Assembly (NCBI RefSeq): GCF_016433145.1
Contig: NC_058131.1
Location: 352,830,706 to 352,894,705 of the forward strand
Source: Gracilinanus agilis
Lineage: Eukaryota
Reading direction: 5' to 3'
DNA: 64,000 nucleotides
Part shown: in pieces, positions 1 through 10,200 of the stretch
Numbering within the stretch: the stretch's first letter is position 1
Layout: each line of letters begins with the position of its first letter
Translations under genes and position numbers: made by a program
The notes under the pieces: model-generated
Database searches by the model: none
What the model saw: only the letters and a program-made list of their open reading frames with translations
What the model was told of the DNA's origin: nothing

Positions 1-768
1 CTTATTTTTTGCCAATTTGGCTAAGACCTTTTCCTGATACTTACCAGCATACCTCCAGCAAAGAGGGAAAATTTGGTGGAATTGGAGTGTAAGCAGATCT
101 GGTGCTCTCCAGGAGTGTGAGAAGTGAAAGTGAATCTGCCCTCTGAACCATATTGCCTAGAAAGAATAACCTGGGGGGAAGGGGAGAGAGGCCTTTGTGG
201 TTAACAGCTGATAGAAACTTGGCTTATAACTTCATAATATGCCAGAGTGTCACCCAGTTCTTGGAATCTTGCTAAGAGACTGTTATTCATAGCCCATCTC
301 ACAGGTGGGAAATGGAAAATGTGGACAAGGCAATTTGAGGTTTTTGATCCCTAGTGGGGCAGGTGAAGCAGGGGAGTCTTGGGCTCTATCCAAAATTGCC
401 AATTTCTCAAAGGGTTCAAATCATAGAATGCCTGAATTAGAGACCAAGGAGTCCACCCTTCCCATTTTACAGATGAGCAAACTTTAGTCCAGAAGGGAAG
501 TGACTTGCCCACAAGCTCATACATCAGAGCGGTCCTGCCCTGGTGAGGCTTTCAATCTAAATACGAAGGCGCGGCTCTACATACAGAACTGGGAAGGAGG
601 TGGTGACAGAACTCAAGAACTGATGAGGAGAGTGGTAGACAGGAACAGCTGGAAAGACCCCTCTAATGCACTTGTCTGTCCAGACTCACTCCGCAGGTTT
701 TACAAGCGGATACAGGGTGGGGCCACCCCTTCCCCGGCCCTACATTCCAGAGCCCCAGGGGCTCTCAC

Positions 769-869
769 CTTGTCATCCGGGTCTTTAACTTCCACGAACA
801 TGCCCAGGCCAGGGGTGGCGGGCTGGTACTCCTCCCGCTGCTTGTCATACAGCTGGGTCCGGTAGTTCC
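769..869 (-). CDS. TMED9: TMED9 exon 2 (101 nt)
   Basis: Acceptor ...ccgcgcag at 870; phase 1 matches exon 1; donor GTGAGA at 768. Confidence 0.96.
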
Positions 870-1245
870 CTGCGCGGAGAAAGGGGAAGAGGAGCTCTGC
901 TGGGGAAACGAGTAAACTGCTCCCGACCTGGGCGGGTCACCGCCCCCCAGCAGGGCCAGTCGCCCCTCTTGCTTGCCTCGCGGGGTCACGTGACCCCGGC
1001 TCAGTCCCAGGTATTATTCTCGCCCCCCACACCTCCGTACCTATAACCATAGTCTCGTCCGGGATCTCCTCAATGAAGCACTTCTTCTCCGTCTCTCCGA
1101 TGTGGAAGTAGAGAGCGGAGCTGCGGGTAGCCAACCCGAGCAGGAGCAAGAGAGGAAATAAGCGGACCGACCCGCGCCGGCTCCCGGCTCTTACCGCGAT
1201 CCAGACCCCGGCTCTGGCCCCGAGCGTGTTCCGCTCCGCCGCCAT
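769..1245 (-). CDS. TMED9: TMED9 (p24alpha2/gp25L2 cargo receptor), 5' part only (exons 1-2); the gene continues left of the window
   Basis: Spliced translation: signal peptide, then [26 protein letters not shown]|[54 protein letters not shown] and MFVEVK match TMED9 rather than TMED4. Confidence 0.96.
981..998. promoter_or_regulatory. Perfect 18-bp palindrome containing CLEAR/E-box GTCACGTGAC (TFEB/TFE3/USF type) in TMED9 intron 1
   Basis: CGGGGTCACGTGACCCCG is its own reverse complement; binding is inferred. Confidence 0.6.
1041..1245 (-). CDS. TMED9: TMED9 exon 1 coding part (205 nt)
   Basis: ATG at 1245-1243 (aagATGG context); 68 codons plus 1 nt; donor GTACGG at 1040. Confidence 0.95.
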
Positions 1246-1268
1246 CTTCTCCGACCAGCCGGCCGCTC

Positions 1269-1277
1269 TGCCACGTC
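1269..1277. promoter_or_regulatory. XBP1s/ATF6/CREB3-type UPRE-like motif
   Basis: TGCCACGTC (GACGTGGCA on the minus strand), about 25 nt upstream of the TMED9 ATG. Confidence 0.45.
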
Positions 1278-1330
1278 CTGTCCTTGCGTCGCCGCGCAGC
1301 CTTGTGGGACGTTGAGTCTCTCAGCTCAGA

Positions 1331-1349
1331 ACTACAACTCCCGAGAGGC
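1331..1349 (+). promoter_or_regulatory. ZNF143/THAP11 SBS motif
   Basis: ACTACAACTCCCGAGAGGC matches the ACTACAnnTCCC-RG-NGC promoter motif. Confidence 0.7.
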
Positions 1350-1528
1350 ATGGCGCTCGGGTTCTCCGGGCACCGCCCCCTTTAGGGCTCCATTTCCGGG
1401 GCTCTTCTAGGTTCTTTGCTCGCCTTAGACAATGTGAGGGTGGGAGGCTTCAACCTTTTGCCGGGAGTGGGACGCAGAACACGAAGTTCTAGATTAGATG
1501 TCTGGAACCTCAGGTTCTTACTCAGTTC

Positions 1529-1536
1529 TGACGTCA
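1529..1536. promoter_or_regulatory. Full CRE palindrome
   Basis: TGACGTCA about 285 nt upstream of the TMED9 ATG; the CpG is retained. Confidence 0.45.
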
Positions 1537-3416
1537 ACCTTTATTCTCAGTCCCTGCATCCTTTTTTTCAAAATGGAGACAATTATCCTTTACTACCTCC
1601 TAGGAGCTATTTGGGAGGTTTGTAATAGATATGCAAAAAAGATTTTCTTTCCTCTTAGCCTCGGTCAGACACATCTGCACTATTGAGTTCAATTTCACGA
1701 ACAAATTGCCATTAGTTCCAAGCTGGTAACAGGACTTGGTCCCTCTGAGGACCAGTTGATGGAAATGGAGATATTTAACATTGAGTGAAGTTGAAGGGAT
1801 GGGACAAACTACTATATGTGCTTTGAAGGATTTTATTTCACGTGGCTCCACAGGGATTAGGGATTAGTAATTAGACAGGCAGATTTTCATTCAATAAAAA
1901 AAGAAAATGTTTCTGACATACAGAAACTGTCCAAAAGTGGAATGGGTTGCTTCTAATGGTCTTCAAGCAGCCCATCATGTAGAGGGAACTGCTGCTTGGT
2001 TGTGGATTGAACAAATTTATTTATAGGTTGTGACTAAGTGACCTTTGAGGACCTTTCCAACCCTGGGAGTCTAACTTTCAGGCTTCAGATGACTTGAGAG
2101 GGCAAAGAAATGTGGGAATTCAAACACTGCTTATGGCTACTGGAATCACATACAAAGAAAAAGCATATAAAGCAGCTTTTAGGGACCCTGAAACCCAATG
2201 AAAGAACAGAGGAAAATGCCAAGGAATTGACTACTATTCTTTTGCAGTGTGGCCCCAGGGCCATCCACAACCTCAGAACTTTTACTTCCTCACCTGTGAA
2301 AGAATCACATCAAAATTTTTGTCAGGGTTTAATTTCATAGTGTTGAAATTACCCAGAGGATGGTCTATAACTTTATCTTGAGTTGCTTGAGGTACTGAAA
2401 GGGTAAATAACTTAAAGTGTTTATACAAATATTAAGGGGAAGATTCAGTAGAGGCCTTTTTTATTCCAAAGATTGCTCTCTATCCACTCAGCTATGCTGC
2501 CTCTAATCAAGAGGAAGTAATGAGCAAGCTGATGTGAATGTTTTGTAAAATAAAAAATGCTTTACAAATACACTAGTACTTCAGGTTGCTGGAACCTGTA
2601 GGAAACGAGCCATTTGGAAATTTTCTAAAATGCTAAATGACTTATTTTAAGTCATATTTGACTGAATACCAAAGATCTGATTTTCTTCAGTTTCCCACTC
2701 TGGACAATTGCACTAGAGACTAACAGATGTCGCAGAACAGTTGCTAACCTACATTGGTTAAGGGAATTTCTTCAGCAGATGTTTCCTATATTAACTAATA
2801 GTTCTGGACCAAACTATTAAGTTTTATTAAGTCTTCCTCCTCCAAAATCTTCAATGGCTCCCTTGCCTACTAAGTAAAGAACAAATATACTTGCCTGCCA
2901 TTTAAAATGTCCCACACCTCCAGTCCCTGCACTGTGTGCTACTTCACCTTTTCAGCACAATGCCACACTAACATCCCTCCATAAAACAGCTTTCAGCCAA
3001 ACAGGGCTGTTTTGTACCCTCAACTCACCAGAACAGTTCCCCATCCCTGAAATGTCACTTATGACCTTCTTCATCTGCTGGGATTTCTACCCATCTTCTA
3101 CAATCTAATTCAAATGTTATCTTTCCTTGCAGGAAACTTACTGTTATCCCCTATCAGGAATGACCTTCTCCTTTGAGCTATTTAAAGGTATGAATCTATA
3201 ACCCCAGTTGTGTGCATTCGTTTTCTCCCTAATACAAAATGAATTCCAAGAGGGAAAAGACTGACTTAATTTTATCTCCCCCCAAATCTAAGAACAATGT
3301 TCTACATTATAGGTAATAAATATTTGCACAATGAAAAGTGAAGATGGTGCCATAATACCAATATGACATAAGTGAAGAAAGGCCTTTTCAACAAGATCAT
3401 GAGTTTGGTTATTCAC

Positions 3417-3422
3417 TTTATT
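3417..3422 (-). terminator. Probable LMAN2 polyadenylation signal
   Basis: TTTATT on plus (AATAAA on minus), about 665 nt after the stop codon; the first canonical hexamer I found downstream. Confidence 0.5.
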
Positions 3423-4087
3423 ATGCAAAACTTCACAGTCCATTGCTTTCCAGAGCTGCAGCCTCACTCACGGCATTCTTTCATTTCACATCAAGTCCAG
3501 GCTGCAGCCCTGACCACCTTTCCTTGGCCCTGGGTCTGGTTCAGGAGGTAGATGGAAGGACACCCCAGAACCAGGAATACCTGCTAGCACTTTTGAGCCC
3601 TGCTGTTAATAGGCTGTAAAAGTGGAGACAAGTCACCAACATTAATGCCTCTTCCTAGAGAGCACACACTGCCCCAAAGCCCAAGCAGGGGACAAAAGCA
3701 GGGATAAGCACTCAATAAACAGCTTCCTTTCACTGTTGCTGGGCTCAGAGCTAGGATGGGGAGGACCTATCCATGGGGCAGGAGATAGCAACTAAGGCCC
3801 AGTCACAGACCAGATAAGCCAGGCTTTTCTCCTTCCCTTCTTTTCTCCACTCTCCAGGCTGAACTGACTCTAGGCCACAGTCCCCAAGTTCTCGTCACTT
3901 GCCCTAACTTGGGCTAGAAACAAAATGTACGAAAATACTTTAAAATTATTTCTTTCAAACAGGTTAAGAAATAAGGTTGTTTTTTTTTTTTTTGTACAAT
4001 CCCCAAGTAGAAAAGTTCACATTACTGCCTGAACCCCTGGGGCAGGCTCCCCTTCTCCCACATCCAATCCTCTTTCCCCACACCAAA

Positions 4088-4248
4088 TCAGTAGAAACGC
4101 TTGTTCCTCTCCTGTCGCTTCTGAAACACCACAGCTCCCACCACGGCACACACGATGATACCCAACAGGGCACAGAGCAGCAGCAGGAACACCTTCCACC
4201 CTGTCAGGGGACCACTTCGGAAGTTCCCTGTGGGGTCGTCCACATTGT
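4088..4248 (-). CDS. LMAN2: LMAN2 exon 8 coding part (161 nt including TGA)
   Basis: DNVDDPTGNFRSGPLTGWKVFLLLLCALLGIIVCAVVGAVVFQKRQERNKRFY*. Confidence 0.97.
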
Positions 4249-7200
4249 CTAAGAAAGCAGAGAAGAGACTAAGAACAGGATATTAGGAGAAGGTTATTCC
4301 CCTGGCCCTCTCCCAGATGCAGTGAATCCCTTGGAAAGCTGAGCCAAGCCAAACCACAGCTGAAGGCTAAGACTAGGCCTTCCAGGAGCGCAAGAGTAAC
4401 AAGGACTTTTTACTACTGTTTCCCTTCAGTGGCCATGGCATTTAAGTGGTCTTGATTATTATATCCTGGCTATATACAAATGGAGTACAAGCTTTGGAAG
4501 GTCCTACAAAGTAAGGAAGGTTTTAAGGATAGGCCCAGTGATATATTGTACCTGTCATTCAAAGAATGAACCTGTATAAATGTGGAGAGGTACATTACCA
4601 GAGAGCTGGCTGTGATGAGATGAATTTTTCTGACCAAAGCAACTCAATCCATTTACTAAAGCTGAGTGGAATGGGATGGGTAGGGGGAATTGAATTCTAT
4701 GTCAGTGAATATGGTCCTATTCCTTAAAGAATTCACAACAAAATCATAGACTTAGAGCTAGAAGGGACCTCAAAGGCTCTCTAGAGCAACACTTTCATTT
4801 TACAGATAATGAAACTGAGGCCCCCAGAGTGGTTCACCCAAATTCATACAAGTAGTCAGCAGCAAACACTGAGAACTGAACACAGATCCTTGTTCTCCAA
4901 ATGTCTAAGGGTTCTTTCTATCACTTCATGAGCTCTCTGTTAGAATCCACAGCATCACTATATCCAATTATATAGCCCCAGGCTCCCCACCTCACTGGTC
5001 ACAGTTCAAATTCTATTATTCTAGCCAAAGCCACAGCTTCTTGCTAAAGGTCCCAGAAGCATGCCAGGGTGTCCAAGGGTAGGTTGGAGATGCACCTTTG
5101 GGTGACTTGAGGAAGCTGACACTGGGCTCGATCTTGGTCCAGTCAATGTTATCCTCTTCTGGAGTGTGTTCCACCATCAACTGGAATAACTTCATTGAGA
5201 TGATGTCATGATTGTCTACAGAACAAGGGCATACAAGGAACTGAAGCTCTTTCCTGTAAATGTACCTACCCACCCATCTAACCGGATCACCAGAGAAAGA
5301 ACTGGAGGAAGCCCTGGAAAGCCTTTAGCTCTGCACTACTTTGTGCCTTAAACTCATCAGAATGTGCTCTGTGATCTTACTGCCATGACTTTAATAGTTC
5401 CCTATCCCTGAAATGAAATCCCATTCCCTTCTTCACCTAGTGGAATTTCTATCTTTCTTTGATAACTCAATTCAAATGTCATCTTTTTAAGTAGTCCTAC
5501 AGTCTAGCCATTGAAGCCCTTCATTCTTTCTCCAGGTAAAAGAATTCCTCCCCAAAGAAAAGCTCAGAATAATAGAATTTCAGTAGGAAAGGATCTTAGA
5601 GGTTATCTAGCATAAGCCTTACCTTCAAGCATGGACCCAGTTTATAGCATCTTTGATAACAGCCTATCTAGCTCTGCTCCAACTGAGTGAAAACTCACTA
5701 CCTTCCTAAAAAACTAAATTTTTTTTGACAGCTCTTCCTAATATAAAGTTCCTCCATCTACAAAGTTGCTATCTGCCTTCCCTATTACTCTCATTGTTGG
5801 CCCTACTTCTGCTAGTTTGTATATTTGGGAAAAATTCCATGTATTCCTTCATCCAAGTGACTGATAAAAATGTCCAAACAGAACAGAGGGGAAAGTAAAG
5901 GCCTGCAGCTGCCACTAGATGTCATTCTAAGTTGCCATCAGACCACTGCTCAGCACTCTGAGTCTGGTCTTTTGACCAGTATTGAATCCATCTCTCATCA
6001 AGCTCACAGTTTTCTAAATCTTGTTAACAGGGACATATTTATAGGAGGTACTCTCAAACACTCTGCTGACATAGAGGTATGCTAGATCTATAACATCTCC
6101 CTGGTCTACCTATTTGGTAACCCCAGCAAGCCTGAAAGTGGACTTATCTAGAATCCTAGAATCTTAGAATTCATTAAGTCCTAAGGCATCCCATTCCATT
6201 TCTGAAAGCTCTAATTGTCAGCAAGTTTTTCTTTACATCAAGTGCAAACTAATTTCTCTAACAATTTCTACCCACTGCTCCTAATTCTACTATCTGGAAC
6301 CAGGGAGAATCAAATTTAATTGAAGACAGAAGTCATGGCCTTATCTAAGTCTCCTCTCCTCCACATTTTCCTCTCCTTTAACTAATTCTTTTTTTTTTTA
6401 AACTCTTACCTTCTGTCTTTGATACTGAATTCCTGATCCAAGGCAGAAGAACAGTAACATTAGGTAATTGAGGTTAAGTGACTTGCCCAGGATCTCACTG
6501 GTTGGAACTATCTGAGGCCAAATTTGAACCCAGGACCTTGTGTCTCCAGGCTTGGCTCCCTATCCACAGAGTCACCTAACTCTGCCCCCCCTTTGCCCCT
6601 TTAATCCTAGATGCTTCCCACAATCTTGCAACCAATGCCCTTCTTAAAATATGGCACCCAGAACCAATCATAATGATCCAGATGTGGTCTGAGCAACTCA
6701 AGTCAGTAGTACTGTCACCTAGTATGTTCTAGACACCATGTTTATCTTGATTGAACCTAAGAAAGGAGTTAGAAAAACGGATGTCCTGCCCACACACACA
6801 CATTCACATGATACTGAAGTTGCCCCAACTTGTCCCATGCCTCATTGGAAGTGATTCTCACAAACACCTCAGTTTACTCACTCCCTAAGGTTCTCACCAG
6901 AAAGGTCACCCGTGCCAGCCGAGGCACCAAAGTAGTAGCCAGTGGGCAGCTGCACTCCAGAGATGTCGATACAGTTCTTCCATTCATTCTTATCTTCCAC
7001 ATCCGTCATCACCTGGGATGCAGAGATGAAAGATTAGGAGAAACCTGGCTGCCACCCCATCCCGGCCCTCCCTTAGCTTCCCAATAATAGCCCTGGGCTC
7101 AAGTCTGCAGTGCCCCGATCCTAAAAGGAAGTCCACAGGTATTCATGCTGCTCACTGTCAAGCGGCCTCGAGAGTAGCGCACAGCCAGGAAGGTATCATG

Positions 7201-10200
7201 ATTTTGGTTGCGGAAGTCAGCTGTGCAGCCTGCCAGTTCAGTCCATCTTCCATCCTTGCTGTGATCATATTTCAGGGAGCCATTATTCACCATCACTGAT
7301 ATATATGGGAATACACGCTACAGGAAGACACAGAGACATCTGTTATTCCAATGCCTGATCCACTGGTTCCCTACCCAAAAAAAGAAATAAAGAGTTTAGC
7401 CCAAATTCAAGGCAATAGCACGGGACAGTGAAAGGAGCCCTGGATTCAGTCAAAGAATAAGGATTTAAATAGCCACTCTAATACTTGGTACCAGTGGAAA
7501 CTCTGGGTAAGGCACTTCATCTCTTTGGGTCTCCATTTCCTCATCTTTAAAATATAAAGGGTTCCTGTCCCCTTCTGCACTCTATCTAGGAACTATAAGA
7601 GGTTGGACGAGATGGATTTCTAAGTCCTTTCTAATTTAAAATCCTGTGATCTAAAGGGAAACAATAATTCTATTCAGTGATTAGGCACAAATTCCAGACT
7701 GAATGATTCAGGGCCTGGCTCCCCCATAATATATTCCAATTTTATTCATTAATAACCAGGATCCCACCTCAGTAGATTCATCATTGGGGTAAGTGTCCAG
7801 GAAGATGGCCAATCCATGGAAGTTGTCTTTGCTTCCAAATACAGGACCTAGAGTAAGTAAAAAGGAGGGTTCCAGGCCCATAGTTTAAAAAGATTCCTTA
7901 TCCCCCAAGAACAGAGCAAAAAGTGATCTTATCATTTTATGTGCTTCCCAGGCAGCAGAGAGTATATACTCATCAGTCTCCAACAAACCCTTCCCCATGG
8001 AATATCACAAACATAATGATGTTGGCCCAGAATAGTACTGGCCTAACCTCTAGTGATGGGAATGATTGGACTGCTGTGAGCTTTGAGCTTATTCTTGGAG
8101 GGCCACCATTTCCAAGGGTTAAAGGTAAAGGAAGGACATGTTTGTCACAATGCCCAGTGCAGAGAGTCTGGCCATCTTAACCCACCTGGCATAAGGCGGT
8201 CCCTGGTGTACCACAGAGCAAAGCCATCTCCATGGAGGCTCTTCTTCCCAATGCCATGGACTTTAAAATGGACATGCATCTCCCAATCCTTGAGGAAGCA
8301 GGGCTGGTAGAGAACAGAGGCTGTTAGTGTTGGCCACAGTTCTATAAACCACTGGATTTTGTTTTATCTCTGTTAAAAAAAAAGCCAATTCCTAAGAGGT
8401 AAAGGCCAGTAAATTCAACTCTTTTTGATTTTTAATCCCCTTATCACTCCTGGAATAACTTTGTTATTCAGTGGATCTAGTCCTCATAATCCCAAAGATA
8501 CCTTTGTATATCTTGACATTTCTGAATCATAATGCCAAACCTAAATGGGCCTCACAGCAATTCTGCTCTATCCTCACAAAATATGATGGGTTACAGGGGC
8601 AGCTGCGTAGCTCAGTGGAGTAAGAGTCAGGCCTAGAGACAGGAGGTCCTAGGTTCAAACCCGGCCTCAGCCACTTCCCAGCTGTGTGACCCTGGGCAAG
8701 TCACTTGACCCCCATTGCCCACCCTTACCAATCTTCCACCTATGAGATAATACACCGAAGTACAAGGGTTTAAAAAAAAAATATCTAAAAAAAAAAAAAT
8801 ATGATGGGTTACAGACAGTCAGAGAGAAGGCTGGAGCATGATATTGTGCAAAGAGCACTAGAATGGGAGTCAGAAGACCTGACTATGACTCCCAGCCCTG
8901 TGAGTTACTGTTTATGTGGGCTCATGCCTGGACTTTCCCTCTATGGGTCTTGAGTTTTCTTAGCTATAAAATAATAAAGGAGCTTGGTGTCTCTACAAGT
9001 CTCTTCCAGCTCTAACTCCCATGGTTCTTTGACTTTATACAAGAAACATGACTTATGATCTAAGTTTCTTCATCTATTAAACAAAGGAATCACTTGGATC
9101 TTGGTCTCTGGGGTCCCTTCTTATTTTCATACCTATAATTCTCAGTGTCAACACTTGTATACCACCACCATAGGGATCAAGCTATGTTGCTCATGTGCCA
9201 GGGAACTCACAAGTCACAGTAGGAACTACCCTAAATGTATGCTTTATAAGGTCTTAGATGGAAAACATCCATGCTCCAGGAGGACTGCTCAGTTTATACA
9301 ACTGAAAAATAAAGCACACAGACACAGAAAGGAACTTGGAAATAGTAAAAGCGCTCTCTCTTTAGCTGTCAGGCAATTGCATACTGAAGCCAATGTGGAA
9401 ACACACAGATATGCTTACAACTGTAAACACACAGAGGAACAAACTAAGGCACAACTACAAAGTAAATAAAGTTATTTAGCAATTTAGGTGGGGAATGGCT
9501 AAACAAATGGTGGTATATAAATGCGATGGAATATTATTGTGCTATAAGCAGGATACAATGATCCATGGCAATTCTAAAGGACCCATGATAAAAAATATTC
9601 TCTACCTCCAGAGAGAACTGATGAACTGAGTGCAGACTGAAGCATATTTCCCCCCCTTTATTTCTCTTGCTTTTTTGTTCTTGTTGCAACAAAGCAAATA
9701 TGGAAATGTTTTGCATGATTTTGCATGTACAATTGATATCCTAATGATTGTCTTCTTAATGGGTGGGGAGGAGCTGGACAGAGAGAATTTAGCACTTGAA
9801 GTGTCAAAAATAAAGAAAAACAATTTTAATAATTGGTTTGCCAGTTAGAGCTAGCTCCAATTCCCTCCTGTATTTCCTCTACTCCTAGACTGAGTGCCAG
9901 ACAGATGTGAGGCACGGTGAGGCAAGGGCAGCCTGGACTTGGAACTTAAATTTCCAGAAGTTGGTTGTTTGAAAAATGGCTACAGAAAGTGTTTCCTGTT
10001 TTATTGTTTGTTTCTGATTACTCTGAGCTTCTATTTTAAAGAAAATTTTCTTTTATTTGGGATGGATGGGGGAATACTATGTTTTCCAAATGCTGGGCTA
10101 GGGATGAGTTATGTTGGTCTATAAAACTCTACTTATTTCTCAAAACCTAAACTTAAAAACAAAAAAGCCCCAAATGAATTCTTCTTCATCTTTCCTAAAT

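Larger units (their letters stand above)
730..1500. promoter_or_regulatory. CpG island / promoter of TMED9
   Basis: Dense CpG in an otherwise CpG-poor window, spanning exons 1-2. Confidence 0.85.

Noticed and set aside
500-865. 121-aa plus-strand ORF antisense to TMED9 exon 2
   Set aside because: GC-rich CpG-island shadow ORF with no recognisable protein.
3980-3993. 14-nt A-run (minus strand) in the LMAN2 3' UTR as a transcript end
   Set aside because: Genomic homopolymer with no upstream AATAAA; more likely an oligo-dT internal-priming site.
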